From positions 88,115-152,114 of the forward strand of contig CANMCD010000009.1 in assembly GCA_947496185.1 (NCBI GenBank): a stretch of 64,000 bases of DNA, in the 5' to 3' direction. The DNA is from an uncultured Tenacibaculum sp. GTDB lineage: Bacteria; Bacteroidota; Bacteroidia; Flavobacteriales; Flavobacteriaceae. Position numbers and translations under genes: made by a program. How positions within the stretch are numbered: the first letter of the stretch is position 1; each line of letters begins with the position of its first letter. This document shows positions 50,542-61,328 of the stretch, one piece after another. A model generated the notes under the pieces. The model did not search any database, had not been told where the DNA came from, and saw only the letters and a list, made by a program, of their open reading frames with translations.

Positions 50542-51165
50542 TCACACCACAAAATTCAATATCATAAAATAATGGCTAATGGCACCTGCCAATACAAAGA
50601 AATGCCAGATAACATGATTATATTTCATTTTTTCTAAAACATAAAATACAATTCCCCCAGTATAAAACAGGCCTCCTAAAAATAATAAAAACAATCCATC
50701 AGAAGGCATAACACTAGTTAACCCCTTATAATCAAGCACAATTAACCATCCCATAACCACATACAATAGCGTAGAAACTTTCTCAAATCTCCCTGTAAAA
50801 AAAAGTTTTAAAAAAGCTCCAACAGCAGCGATTCCCCACATAACCCAAAACAACAACCACCCATTACCTTGCTGCATTAAAAGTAGTAATACAGGAGTAG
50901 AAGTTCCTGCTATCAGCAAATAAATACTTATGTGGTCTATAATTCTAAAATAATGCTTTCGCTTTGTATCACTTACCGCATGATATAAGGCAGAAGCTGT
51001 AAATAAAACAATAAGTGACACTCCATACACCCATATACTAAACAAACTCCAAGGCTTTATTGTACTTTGAGATAGTAAAACAACAAACCCGACAATTCCT
51101 AATAATGCACCTAGGGCATGTGAAACTGTATTTAAAAGTTCTTCTTGTTTGGATTGTATTCGCAT
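50542..51165 (-). CDS. Hemolysin III / PAQR family membrane protein
   Basis: EELLNTVSH, SALYH, IDHISIYLLIAGT, YVVMGW, HVIWHFFVL. Confidence 0.93.
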   Translation of the reverse strand: MRIQSKQEELLNTVSHALGALLGIVGFVVLLSQSTIKPWSLFSIWVYGVSLIVLFTASALYHAVSDTKRKHYFRIIDHISIYLLIAGTSTPVLLLLMQQGNGWLLFWVMWGIAAVGAFLKLFFTGRFEKVSTLLYVVMGWLIVLDYKGLTSVMPSDGLFLLFLGGLFYTGGIVFYVLEKMKYNHVIWHFFVLAGAISHYFMILNFVV

Positions 51166-51174
51166 AACAACTTC

Positions 51175-51804
51175 TTAACCTTTATATTTTATAGGTAAAT
51201 GCACTACTTTTTTCGTTTCAAAAAACACTTCTTCAAAATATTTCGACAAAGGATAAATAACTGCACTTGGAAACTTTTGTAGTTCCTCAGTTAAATCACC
51301 TCCTTTTAAATATAAAATTCCATTTCTTATATCATGATTTTGTTTTTTCTGCACCTTATTCTTTACCCAGCGATGAAAGGTTTCCATTTGAGCTACGGCC
51401 CTACTCACAATAAAATCATAGGTATCATCAACCTCTTCTACTCTACCATGCGTTGTTTTTACATTTTGTAATGCCAATCCTGCTACCACTTCGTTCACCA
51501 CTTTTATTTTCTTACCTATAGAATCTACCAAATGAAAACTTGTTTCTGGAAATAAAATAGCCAAAGGAATACCAGGAAATCCTCCTCCTGTACCCACATC
51601 CATTACCTTCGTATTTGGCTTAAACCGCATTACTTTTGCAATCCCTAAAGCGTGCAAGACATGTCGTAAATACAACTCGTCAATATCCTTTCTAGAAACC
51701 ACATTTATCTTTAAATTCCAGTCCTTATACAGCTCTTGTAACATTCCAAATTGTACTTTTTGTTCTGATGTCAAATCTGTAAAATACTTCTCTATGATTT
51801 CCAT
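51175..51804 (-). CDS. rsmG: 16S rRNA (guanine527-N7) methyltransferase
   Basis: WNLKINVVSR, HVLHAL, DVGTGGGFPGIPLAI, IVSRAV, YLKGG. Confidence 0.96.
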   Translation of the reverse strand: MEIIEKYFTDLTSEQKVQFGMLQELYKDWNLKINVVSRKDIDELYLRHVLHALGIAKVMRFKPNTKVMDVGTGGGFPGIPLAILFPETSFHLVDSIGKKIKVVNEVVAGLALQNVKTTHGRVEEVDDTYDFIVSRAVAQMETFHRWVKNKVQKKQNHDIRNGILYLKGGDLTEELQKFPSAVIYPLSKYFEEVFFETKKVVHLPIKYKG

Positions 51805-51949
51805 GTTATAAAATTTATGGGCACAAAAATAAGAAACTAATTGCTTTGTTATTTTTTATACATAAGGTATTAATATCGTTAAAAACTTATTTGAAACCCC
51901 TTACCATCTCGTAAAAACACGTATTTTTGCTACTCTTAACTTACAACAA

Positions 51950-53041
51950 ATGAAGACGATAAACTTTTCAAGAATTGATAACAAAAAGTTTTTCAGAACT
52001 TTAAATAAACGTGTAAACACTTATTTTAAAGAAAATGATATTAAGCGTACCGGAAATTGGAAGTTATATTCCAAGGCAGTAGTCATGTTTTCTTTGTTTA
52101 TCATCCCCTTTATTTTAATTTTAACCATCAACATGTCTCAATGGATAAATTTGGGACTTACGATTGTTATGGGAATAGGAATGGCGGGTGTTGGCATGAA
52201 TGTTATGCATGATGCCAACCATGAATCTTTTTCGAGTAACAACCTCGTAAATAAACTCATGGGAAGCAGTATTTATATTTTAGCGGGTAATGTGTATAAT
52301 TGGAAAGTACAACACAATGTTTTACACCATACATATACCAATATAAAGGACCATGATGAAGATATTGATGCGGGTAGAATTATTCGTTTTTCTGAACACT
52401 CAAAATGGCTTTGGATTCATAAATTCCAAAAATATTATTCTATTTTCTTATACGGTCTTTTGACTATTAACTGGGCAATTACCACTGATTTTAAACAAAT
52501 GCGCAGTTATTTAAAGAGAAAATTATCTTATGGAAAATTTCCAAATCCTAAAACAGAATGGACAAAATTAGTAATATCTAAACTTGTCTATTATTCACTT
52601 TGGGTTGTACTCCCTATGTTAGTTTTAAATGTTTCTTGGTGGAAAGTTTTAATCGGTTTTTTTGTCATGCATTATACGGCAGGGATGATATTAAGTGTCA
52701 TTTTTCAACTTGCTCATGTAGTACCAAAAACTGAAATGCCTTTGCCAGATGAAGAAGGAAATATGAAAAACACTTGGGCCATCCATCAGTTATACACCAC
52801 AGCAAATTTTGCTCCGAAGAATTGGTTGATAAACTTCTATACAGGAGGGCTAAACCATCAAGTTGAGCATCATATTTTCCCAAATATATCGCATATTCAT
52901 TATAAGAAGTTGGCTAAAATCGTAAAGGAAACTGCCTTAGAATTTAATTTACCTTATAACGAATATAAAACCACTCGAAGAGCCATTATTGAGCACTTCA
53001 AACATTTAGCAGAACTCGGAAAAAAACCACAACTAGTATAA
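51950..53041 (+). CDS. Fatty acid desaturase
   Basis: His boxes HDANH, HNVLHH, QVEHH. Confidence 0.93.
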   Translation: MKTINFSRIDNKKFFRTLNKRVNTYFKENDIKRTGNWKLYSKAVVMFSLFIIPFILILTINMSQWINLGLTIVMGIGMAGVGMNVMHDANHESFSSNNLVNKLMGSSIYILAGNVYNWKVQHNVLHHTYTNIKDHDEDIDAGRIIRFSEHSKWLWIHKFQKYYSIFLYGLLTINWAITTDFKQMRSYLKRKLSYGKFPNPKTEWTKLVISKLVYYSLWVVLPMLVLNVSWWKVLIGFFVMHYTAGMILSVIFQLAHVVPKTEMPLPDEEGNMKNTWAIHQLYTTANFAPKNWLINFYTGGLNHQVEHHIFPNISHIHYKKLAKIVKETALEFNLPYNEYKTTRRAIIEHFKHLAELGKKPQLV

Positions 53042-53064
53042 ATATAAAACATTAAGTTAATACA

Positions 53065-54270
53065 ATGTCAAACGCGTTATCAAACAGAATCAATAATTTA
53101 CCTGTTTCTCAAACTTTAGCCATGGCAGCTAAAGCCAGAGAATTAAAAGCAGAAGGAAAAGATATTATCAGTTTAAGTTTAGGAGAACCTGACTTTAATA
53201 CACCAGATTTTATCAAGGAATCAGCCGTTGAAGCTATCAATCAAGATTTTAATTCTTATACTCCCGTAGATGGTTATGGAGAATTAAAGGAAGCTATTTG
53301 TACAAAATTTAAACGAGATAATAATCTTAATTATTCACCAAATCAAATTGTAGTTTCTACAGGAGCAAAACAATCAATTGCTAATGTAGCTCAGGTACTG
53401 TTAAATCCTGGTGATGAAGTTATCTTACCTGCTCCTTACTGGGTAAGTTATTCCGCTATTGCCACATTATGTGAAGCAAATTTTGTTGAAATTCCTTCTT
53501 CTATTGAAAGTGATTTTAAAATTACTCCTGAGCAATTAGAACAAGCAATTACGCCTAAAACAAAAATGATCTTTTTTAACTCACCTAATAATCCTAGTGG
53601 ATCTATTTATAGTGAAGAAGAGTATAGGGCTTTGGCTAAAGTATTAGAAAAGCATCCTCAGATATATATTTTGTCGGATGAAATATACGAACATATTAAC
53701 TACGGAAAAGAGTTATTTAGTTTTGCTGCTATTGAAAGCATGTATGATCGAACTATCACGGTTAATGGTTTGGCAAAAGCGTTTGCGATGACGGGATGGA
53801 GAATTGGTTTTATTGGTGCTCCTGAATGGATCGCTAAGGCATGTACTAAAATGCAAGGACAAATCACTTCTGGTACCAATTGTATTGCACAAAGAGCAGC
53901 TATTACAGCTGTATCAGCTAGCCCCGAGAAGGTGCAGTATATGGTTGATGAGTTTAAAAATCGTAGAGATCTTGTTTTGGAATTGTTAGGAGAAATTGAT
54001 GGTTTTAAATTAAATGTCCCTGAAGGTGCTTTTTATATCTTCCCAGACATCTCTAATTTCTTTGGAAAAACAATTCGAAACAAAGAAATAAAAAATGCCA
54101 ATGATTTTTCTATGTTACTTTTAGAAGAAGCTAATGTAGCTACAGTAACAGGAGAGGCTTTTGGAGCTCCTAACTGTATTCGTTTGTCTTATGCTGCTTC
54201 AGAAACACAATTAAGAGAAGCAGTTAAAAGAATCAAGGAAGTATTAAGTTTAAACTTACAAGAAGCATAA
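53065..54270 (+). CDS. PLP-dependent aminotransferase class I/II (aspartate aminotransferase-like)
   Basis: LGEPDF, GAKQS, NSPNNPSG, SDEIY, GLAKAFAMTGWRIG. Confidence 0.94.
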   Translation: MSNALSNRINNLPVSQTLAMAAKARELKAEGKDIISLSLGEPDFNTPDFIKESAVEAINQDFNSYTPVDGYGELKEAICTKFKRDNNLNYSPNQIVVSTGAKQSIANVAQVLLNPGDEVILPAPYWVSYSAIATLCEANFVEIPSSIESDFKITPEQLEQAITPKTKMIFFNSPNNPSGSIYSEEEYRALAKVLEKHPQIYILSDEIYEHINYGKELFSFAAIESMYDRTITVNGLAKAFAMTGWRIGFIGAPEWIAKACTKMQGQITSGTNCIAQRAAITAVSASPEKVQYMVDEFKNRRDLVLELLGEIDGFKLNVPEGAFYIFPDISNFFGKTIRNKEIKNANDFSMLLLEEANVATVTGEAFGAPNCIRLSYAASETQLREAVKRIKEVLSLNLQEA

Positions 54271-54294
54271 TATTTATATAAATTCTTAGTATAT

Positions 54295-54329
54295 AAAAAA
54301 TGGAAGTTGAAAAACAACTTCCATTTTTT
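54295..54329. terminator. Bidirectional terminator
   Basis: AAAAAATGGAAGTTG-AAAAA-CAACTTCCATTTTTT. Confidence 0.85.
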
Positions 54330-54594
54330 ATGAATTCATTTTTCCAGTAGCACAACTCACAAAAGATTTTGCTTTGTGCAATAAGGTGTTCTTATCTCCA
54401 ACAACTGGATAACCTAATTTGGATAGTTTTTCTTTTATTTTTTCTTGATCGACTCCGTCTCCAACTACCGAGACAATTGAATTTTCAACGTCAATTTCTA
54501 TGTTTGTAATATTCTCTATTGACAGCAGTCCTTTTTTAATTGTAGCTGCACATCCGCCACATTTAAGATTTTCTATGTGAATATTGTAACTCAT
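54328..54594 (-). CDS. Heavy-metal-associated (HMA) domain protein
   Basis: Start MSYN at 54594; NLKCGGCAATI, LSKLGYP, KAKSFVSCATGK. Confidence 0.88.
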   Translation of the reverse strand: MSYNIHIENLKCGGCAATIKKGLLSIENITNIEIDVENSIVSVVGDGVDQEKIKEKLSKLGYPVVGDKNTLLHKAKSFVSCATGKMNS

Positions 54595-54595
54595 A

Positions 54596-54988
54596 TTATT
54601 CCTTTGTTTTTTTCCATGCTGTATATCCACCCTCTACGGAGTATACCTCAAATCCCTTTTCTTGTAATATTTTCGCCGCTCTACTACTTCTACCTCCTTT
54701 TCTACAATACAAATATACGGGTTTATCTTTCTGTAATATTCCCATTGCTTTGTTTGTAAAAGTTGAAGAGGTTACTTCAATCTTCTGTGCTCCTTTGATA
54801 ATTCCTGCTTCCCACTCTTCAGGAGTTCTAACATCTACCAATTGAATTTCTTTATCTTTTTTAAGAAGTCCTTTTAATGCTGTTGTAGTAATATGATTAA
54901 TTTGTCCCTTAGTTCTATCACAGCTTGTGATAACAACAAAGAGTGTAACAATGAAAATAAAATGGGTTATTTTAACGTTGATGGACAT
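54596..54988 (-). CDS. Rhodanese-like protein with lipoprotein signal
   Basis: Lipobox ITSC, LVDVRTPEEW, YCRKGGRS, VEGGYTAW. Confidence 0.88.
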   Translation of the reverse strand: MSINVKITHFIFIVTLFVVITSCDRTKGQINHITTTALKGLLKKDKEIQLVDVRTPEEWEAGIIKGAQKIEVTSSTFTNKAMGILQKDKPVYLYCRKGGRSSRAAKILQEKGFEVYSVEGGYTAWKKTKE

Positions 54989-56376
54989 ATATTTTTAGTT
55001 CTTGGAATCGTTGTTGTTTTAATATCTTTATAGCCTCCAGCTACATCAATTACCTTATGAAACCCACGGGACTTAAGTATCGAAGCAGCAATTACTGATC
55101 GATATCCCCCTGCACAATGCAAATAAAATTCTTTATTCTTTGGAAATACTTCTATATGTTCATTTAAATAATCTAAAGGTGTATTAGGTACATCGACAAT
55201 ATGTTCATTTGTATATTCTCCGGGTTTTCTTACGTCAAATATTGTAATGTTCTTATCAAATACTTTTTCTAAGGTCTTTGAAGAAATAGAGGGTAATATA
55301 TCTAACTCTTTACAAGCTGTTCTCCATGTTTGAATTCCTCCTTCCAAATACCCTAAAACATTATCAAATCCAACCCTAGAGAGTCGTGTAATCGTATTTT
55401 CTTCCTCTCCTTCTGGCGTCACTAACAAAATAGGTTGTTGTATATCTTTTATTAAAGCACCTACCCACGGTGCAAATGTTCCTTGTAAACCAATAAAAAT
55501 AGATTGGGGTATAAATCCTTTTACAAACTCAGTTTGATGCCTTACGTCCAAAATAATAGCGTTATAAGCACGATGCTTTTCTTCAAAATCATCTACTGAT
55601 AAAGATTTAGAACCGTTTTTAATCACATCATCTACTGATTGATACCCTTCTTTATTCATCTTAACATTTAATGGAAAATATGCAGGTGGAGGTAATAACC
55701 CTGTTGTAACCTCTTGTATAAATTCTTCCTTGGTCATGTCTTCACGCAAGGCATAATTGGTTTTTTTCTGCTCGCCAATAGTTCCTACTGTTTCTTTACT
55801 CAAATTTTTACCACAGGCAGATCCTGCTCCATGAGCTGGATAAACAATGACTTCATCAGCCAAGGTCATTATTTTTGTCCGAAGGCTATCAAAAAGCATT
55901 CCTGCCAAAGCTTCTTTTGTTGTATCTGCTGATTTTTGCGCCAAATCAGGCCTACCAACATCTCCCAAGAATAACGTATCTCCACTAAAAATAGCATGAT
56001 CTTTTCCTTCTTTATCTTTCAACAAATACGTTGTACTTTCGATAGTATGACCAGGTGTGTGCAGTGCCGTTATTGTTACATCACCTACTAAGAATTCTTC
56101 TTCATCTTTAGCAATATGTGCCGCATATGTTGTTTTAGCATTTGGTCCATAAACAATAGTAGCTTTTGTTTTTTCTGCCAAGGTTACATGACCGCTAACA
56201 AAATCAGCATGAAAATGTGTTTCAAAAATATATTTAATACGTGCGTTATTTTTTCTAGCCAAATCTATATAAGATTGTACTTCTCGTAAAGGGTCAATAA
56301 TTGCCGCTTCACCATTACTTTCAATATAATAGGCTCCTTGCGCTAAACAACCTGTATATAATTGTTTTATCTTCAT
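54967..56376 (-). CDS. MBL-fold persulfide dioxygenase-like protein with tandem rhodanese domains
   Basis: ETHFHADFVSG, HTPGHT, SGDTLF, PAHGAGSACG; second rhodanese HCAGGYRS. Confidence 0.9.
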   Translation of the reverse strand: MKIKQLYTGCLAQGAYYIESNGEAAIIDPLREVQSYIDLARKNNARIKYIFETHFHADFVSGHVTLAEKTKATIVYGPNAKTTYAAHIAKDEEEFLVGDVTITALHTPGHTIESTTYLLKDKEGKDHAIFSGDTLFLGDVGRPDLAQKSADTTKEALAGMLFDSLRTKIMTLADEVIVYPAHGAGSACGKNLSKETVGTIGEQKKTNYALREDMTKEEFIQEVTTGLLPPPAYFPLNVKMNKEGYQSVDDVIKNGSKSLSVDDFEEKHRAYNAIILDVRHQTEFVKGFIPQSIFIGLQGTFAPWVGALIKDIQQPILLVTPEGEEENTITRLSRVGFDNVLGYLEGGIQTWRTACKELDILPSISSKTLEKVFDKNITIFDVRKPGEYTNEHIVDVPNTPLDYLNEHIEVFPKNKEFYLHCAGGYRSVIAASILKSRGFHKVIDVAGGYKDIKTTTIPRTKNICPSTLK

Positions 56377-56390
56377 ACTATTTATTATGA

Positions 56391-58121
56391 TTATTTATAC
56401 GCTTGATGAATATATTGTGCGTACTTTTTCTGATTTAAGTTATCTCCTGTTTTAAAAAACTGAACAGCACCATTTACTCTCATAAAAAACTGATTAATGC
56501 CTACCTCCTCAAGTAGCCCTCCTCTAAAAAGTGCATCTCTTACAGGCCCTTTTATACCTGCGAAATAAAAGGTAATATTTCTTTTTTTATAATATCGGAT
56601 ACGTTCTTTCAACATTTCTACTCCTGTACTATCAACCCTATTTATACTTTCTCCATCCAATACAATGAGTTGTAACTTTTCTCCTTTTGCCTTTGTCATT
56701 TCTTCAAGTGTATCTCTAAAATAACTAGCATTTGCATAAAATAATTGTGCATCAAACCTAAAAACCAGTACTTCTTCCTCTATAAAAACTTCTTTAAATC
56801 GGTTTTTATTTCTATAAAAATTAGAATCAGGCACTTTTCCCAACTCCGTTACATAAGGTCTTGATGTCCTATATATTAACAATATTAACGACAACCCTAC
56901 TCCTATTAAAATTCCTTCTTGAATTCCAAAAAACAGGGTTGACAAAAATGTTGCTATTAATAACCAAAAGTCTAAATTATTTGCCTTCCATAACCTTGTT
57001 GCTTCCTTGACATTTACCAATCCTAAAACGGAAACTATAATAATCGCAGCCAAAATAGCTTTAGGTAAATAATAAAACAAGGGAGTTAAGTATAATAATG
57101 TTAGTACTACTAACACTATGGATACGATCGCTGATACTCCCGTTTTTGCTCCTGATTCTGCATTGATAGCAGAACGTGAAAAACTTGCTGTTGTCGGATA
57201 AGATTTAAAAAGTGATCCAACCATGTTACCAAGACCCAAGGCTATTAATTCTTGGTTTGGACGTATCTTGTATTCGTCTTGTTTTGCCTCTAATGTTTTT
57301 CCTATAGAAATCGTTTCAATATACCCTACCATAACCAAGGTTAGAGCAACTGGCATCAATTCATTAATCGTATCCATATCAAAAGTTGGCATACTAAAAA
57401 TTGGGAGTCCAGAGGGAATGTCTTTAACAATTGCTACTCCTACCCAACTTTGGTGAAAATATTTTATCAATACGATTCCAAGAATGACTACAATCAATGC
57501 ATTCGGTATATTTCTATTTATTTTTTTTAGGATAAAAATAATAAGACAAGCCACGATACCCACAATTGTCGTATCCTTATCGAACTCATTAATTCTAAGA
57601 AATACGTCTTCTAGTAAAATATGAACTTGATCACTTTGGACAAAGTCAACTCCTAAAAGGTTTTTTATTTGATTTAAGCCTATGACTAAGGCTACAGCTG
57701 ATGTAAATCCTATAATTACAGGTCGTGATAAGAAGTTAACAATAAACCCTAAACGTAGAACCCCCATAGCAAACTGAATGAACCCAACGACAAAGGCTAA
57801 TAATATCGCTATGGAAATATAACTTTCTGAACCTGCTAATGCCAATGTAGAAACCCCAGCAGCTACGATCAAAGAGTCCATCGCGACAGGGCCTACAGCA
57901 ACTTGTCTGGAAGTTCCGAAAATCACGTAAACTATTTGAGGAAATAAAGCAGCATACAAACCGTAAATTGGTGGTAGACCTGCTATCAAGGCATAGGCTA
58001 TTCCTTGTGGAATCAAAACTACAGCAACCGTTAAACCTGCAAAGATATCACCTTGCAAATACGATTTTTTATAAGTAGATACCCATTCAAAAATGGGTAG
58101 TAATTTAGCTAGTAGTTTCAT
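56391..58121 (-). CDS. SulP family anion transporter with STAS domain
   Basis: GDIFAGLTVA, PQGIAYA, GLPPIYGLY, NQELIALG, SFSRSA; C-terminal FDAQLFYAN...DSTG. Confidence 0.95.
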   Translation of the reverse strand: MKLLAKLLPIFEWVSTYKKSYLQGDIFAGLTVAVVLIPQGIAYALIAGLPPIYGLYAALFPQIVYVIFGTSRQVAVGPVAMDSLIVAAGVSTLALAGSESYISIAILLAFVVGFIQFAMGVLRLGFIVNFLSRPVIIGFTSAVALVIGLNQIKNLLGVDFVQSDQVHILLEDVFLRINEFDKDTTIVGIVACLIIFILKKINRNIPNALIVVILGIVLIKYFHQSWVGVAIVKDIPSGLPIFSMPTFDMDTINELMPVALTLVMVGYIETISIGKTLEAKQDEYKIRPNQELIALGLGNMVGSLFKSYPTTASFSRSAINAESGAKTGVSAIVSIVLVVLTLLYLTPLFYYLPKAILAAIIIVSVLGLVNVKEATRLWKANNLDFWLLIATFLSTLFFGIQEGILIGVGLSLILLIYRTSRPYVTELGKVPDSNFYRNKNRFKEVFIEEEVLVFRFDAQLFYANASYFRDTLEEMTKAKGEKLQLIVLDGESINRVDSTGVEMLKERIRYYKKRNITFYFAGIKGPVRDALFRGGLLEEVGINQFFMRVNGAVQFFKTGDNLNQKKYAQYIHQAYK

Positions 58122-58142
58122 TTTACATGCCTTTATCTATAA

Positions 58143-59171
58143 TTAAAACAGTTCTCCTTGTGCAGAACCTGCACCTCTAATTTTACCTAGGTGTTTATAG
58201 GCTAAATCTGTGACTTCTCGACCTCTTGGGGTTCTCATGATAAAACCTTGTTGTATTAAAAAAGGTTCGTATACTTCTTCAATAGTTTCTGCATTTTCTG
58301 CCACAGCGGTTGCCAATGTTGATAAACCAACAGGTCCTCCTTTAAATTTGTCTATTATAGTGCTTAATATTTTATTATCCATCTCATCCAAGCCATGTGC
58401 ATCCACATTCAAAGCCTTCAATGCAAACTTTGCAATCTCTATGGTTATTTTTCCATCTCCTTTTATTTGTGCAAAATCTCGTACTCTTCTCAAAAGCGCA
58501 TTGGCAATTCTCGGTGTCCCTCTACTTCTACCTGCAATCTCAATGGCAGCTTCCATAGAAATAGGTACTTTTAAAATTAATGCACTACGTTGTATAATGG
58601 TACTTAAAAGTTCCGTAGAATAATAATGTAACCTACTACTAATCCCAAAACGAGCACGCATTGGAGCTGTTAGTAACCCCGAACGGGTTGTCGCTCCTAC
58701 TAAAGTAAACGGTTCAAGATGTATTTGTACGGTTCGAGCATTGGGCCCTGACTCAATCATTATATCTATTTTGAAGTCTTCCATAGCGGAATATAAATAC
58801 TCCTCTACAATCGGACTTAATCGATGGATTTCGTCAATAAACAACACATCTCTTTCTTCTAAATTAGTAAGCAATCCTGCCAAGTCTCCAGGTTTATCCA
58901 AAACAGGGCCAGAGGTTACTTTAATGCCTGCATCTAATTCATTAGCCAAAATATGTGCTAAGGTTGTTTTTCCTAAACCAGGTGGCCCATGAAATAAACT
59001 ATGATCTAGTGCTTCACCTCTTTGATTGGCTGCTTCTACAAATATTTTTAAATTCTCTATCGCTTGATCTTGTCCCGTAAAATCATCAAATGATAAGGGA
59101 CGTAGTTTTTTTTCTACATCTAACTCCTCATTTGAGTAATTGTTTTTTTCTGGATTCAAGTGTTCATTCAT
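58143..59171 (-). CDS. ruvB: Holliday junction branch migration helicase RuvB
   Basis: [34 protein letters not shown]. Confidence 0.98.
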   Translation of the reverse strand: MNEHLNPEKNNYSNEELDVEKKLRPLSFDDFTGQDQAIENLKIFVEAANQRGEALDHSLFHGPPGLGKTTLAHILANELDAGIKVTSGPVLDKPGDLAGLLTNLEERDVLFIDEIHRLSPIVEEYLYSAMEDFKIDIMIESGPNARTVQIHLEPFTLVGATTRSGLLTAPMRARFGISSRLHYYSTELLSTIIQRSALILKVPISMEAAIEIAGRSRGTPRIANALLRRVRDFAQIKGDGKITIEIAKFALKALNVDAHGLDEMDNKILSTIIDKFKGGPVGLSTLATAVAENAETIEEVYEPFLIQQGFIMRTPRGREVTDLAYKHLGKIRGAGSAQGELF

Positions 59172-59472
59172 GGCATTAACAAATATACTTTAATTTGAAT
59201 AGGATATCTGTAATAAAAGTTACCAATACCCTTATATTATTACCACCTATCATTAAAAAACAACAAATTATAATGAATTTATTACTCTTTAACTTAAGGA
59301 CTATACTATCGTGATACCCAATTACCTTAATTATAAATATAACTTATACTATTTAAAACATAAAACTAGAATATCATTGAAATGTAAAAATACTGCAAAT
59401 GAAATTTAAAATACCATTCTCTTAAAAGTAAACTACATAATAATAGACAATGGATGCGTGTTGTAAAAAATA

Positions 59473-59506
59473 AAAACTGCCTAAAGTAGAAACTTTAGGC
59501 AGTTTT
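59473..59506 (-). terminator. Terminator downstream of ctaD
   Basis: AAAACTGCCTAAAGT-AGAA-ACTTTAGGCAGTTTT. Confidence 0.85.
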
Positions 59507-59527
59507 ATATATATATTTTAACGGATC

Positions 59528-61297
59528 TTATGAAGGTTCTTCTCCTTCTAATAATGGAGTCGTTTGTAATACAAAATCTTTACCATGTACATAATTTCCG
59601 TTGTCATCTGTTTTACTATAATCATAGGCCCATCTGTGTACTTCAGGGATCGCTCCTGGCCAGTTTCCATGAATATGCTCTACAGGTGTAGTCCATTCTA
59701 AAGTATTAGAATTCCATGGATTTTGAGATGCTTTCTCTCCTCTATAAATTGAGATAAAATAATTTGCTAAGAAAATCAACTGTGCAAATCCACCTATGAT
59801 AGCCATTACAGTCATGAATACATTAATATCCGCTAAATCGTCAAACATAGGGAAGTTTGTATTCGTATAATAACGACGTGGTAACCCTGCTAAACCGATA
59901 AAGTGCATTGGGAAGAACACTCCGTATGCAGAGATAATCGTAATCCAAAAATGCCAATACCCCATAGTTTTGTTCATCATTCTACCGTACATTTTTGGGA
60001 ACCAGTGGTAAATACCAGCAAACATACCGAATAAAGCAGATACCCCCATTACTAAGTGGAAGTGTGCTACTACGAAATAGGTATCATGTACATTAATATC
60101 TAACGCTGAATCTCCTAACACCAAACCAGTTAAACCACCAGTAACGAATGTAGAAACCAAACCTATTGAGAATAACATAGCTGGATTCATTTGTAAGTTA
60201 CCTTTCCATAAGGTTGTAATATAGTTAAAGGCTTTTACTGCAGAAGGAATTGCAATCAATACTGTTGTAAAAGTAAATACCGACCCTAAGAATGGATTCA
60301 TCCCTGAAACGAACATGTGGTGTCCCCATACAATCGTTGATAAAAAGGCTATTGCCATAATTGAACCAATCATCGCACGATAACCAAATATCGGTTTACG
60401 AGCATTGGTAGAAATTACTTCCGATGTTAATCCTAAAGCTGGTAAAAGAATAATATATACTTCTGGGTGTCCTAAGAACCAGAATAAATGTTCAAATAAT
60501 ACAGGCGACCCTCCTTGATAATGCAATACTTCTCCTGAAATAAAAATATCTGATAAGTAGAATGAAGTACCAAAACTTCTATCAAAGATTAATAATAATG
60601 CCGCTGATAATAATACTGGGAAAGAAATCACCCCAATAATTGCAGTGATAAAAAATGCCCACATAGTTAATGGCAATCTTGTCATCTTCATCCCTTTAGT
60701 TCTCAAGTTCAATACCGTAACGATATAGTTTAACGAACCAATTAATGAAGAAGCGATAAATATCGCCATTGAAACCAACCATAAAGTCATACCTGCACCT
60801 GAACCAGGTATTGCTTGTGGCAAAGCAGACAAAGGTGGATAAATAGTCCATCCTGCTGATGCTGGTCCTGCTTCTACAAACAATGAAATTACCATTATAA
60901 TAGAAGACAAAAAGAACAACCAGTAAGATACCATATTTAAGAATCCTGAAGCCATATCACGAGCTCCAATTTGTAATGGAATTAATAAGTTTGAAAACGT
61001 TCCACTCAATCCTGCGGTTAGTACGAAAAATACCATGATAGTACCGTGTATCGTAACCAATGCCAAGTACATATCTGGGTTCATAACTCCGTCCGTTTGA
61101 TGGCTACCTAAAAACGCCTCTACAATCGAGAACGAAGTTTCTGGCCATGCTATTTGTAAACGGAATAACATTGACATGAATACCCCGATGATTCCCATAA
61201 ACATCCCAGTTATTAAAAACTGTTTAGAAATCATCTTGTGGTCTGTACTAAAGATGTATTTCGTTACAAATGTTTCTTTGTGATGATGATCTGACAT
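59528..61297 (-). CDS. ctaD: Cytochrome c oxidase subunit I (aa3 type)
   Basis: HGTIM, GWTIYPPL, WFLGHPEVY, VWGHHM, HDTYFVVAHFH, PRRY. Confidence 0.96.
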   Translation of the reverse strand: MSDHHHKETFVTKYIFSTDHKMISKQFLITGMFMGIIGVFMSMLFRLQIAWPETSFSIVEAFLGSHQTDGVMNPDMYLALVTIHGTIMVFFVLTAGLSGTFSNLLIPLQIGARDMASGFLNMVSYWLFFLSSIIMVISLFVEAGPASAGWTIYPPLSALPQAIPGSGAGMTLWLVSMAIFIASSLIGSLNYIVTVLNLRTKGMKMTRLPLTMWAFFITAIIGVISFPVLLSAALLLIFDRSFGTSFYLSDIFISGEVLHYQGGSPVLFEHLFWFLGHPEVYIILLPALGLTSEVISTNARKPIFGYRAMIGSIMAIAFLSTIVWGHHMFVSGMNPFLGSVFTFTTVLIAIPSAVKAFNYITTLWKGNLQMNPAMLFSIGLVSTFVTGGLTGLVLGDSALDINVHDTYFVVAHFHLVMGVSALFGMFAGIYHWFPKMYGRMMNKTMGYWHFWITIISAYGVFFPMHFIGLAGLPRRYYTNTNFPMFDDLADINVFMTVMAIIGGFAQLIFLANYFISIYRGEKASQNPWNSNTLEWTTPVEHIHGNWPGAIPEVHRWAYDYSKTDDNGNYVHGKDFVLQTTPLLEGEEPS

Positions 61298-61328
61298 AAT
61301 CTATATCTTTATACTTTTTAAAAATATC

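Noticed and set aside
50542-51165. Hemolysin III gene as a dedicated toxin
   Set aside because: PAQR-family genes are widespread housekeeping membrane proteins; the sequence gives no evidence of a virulence role
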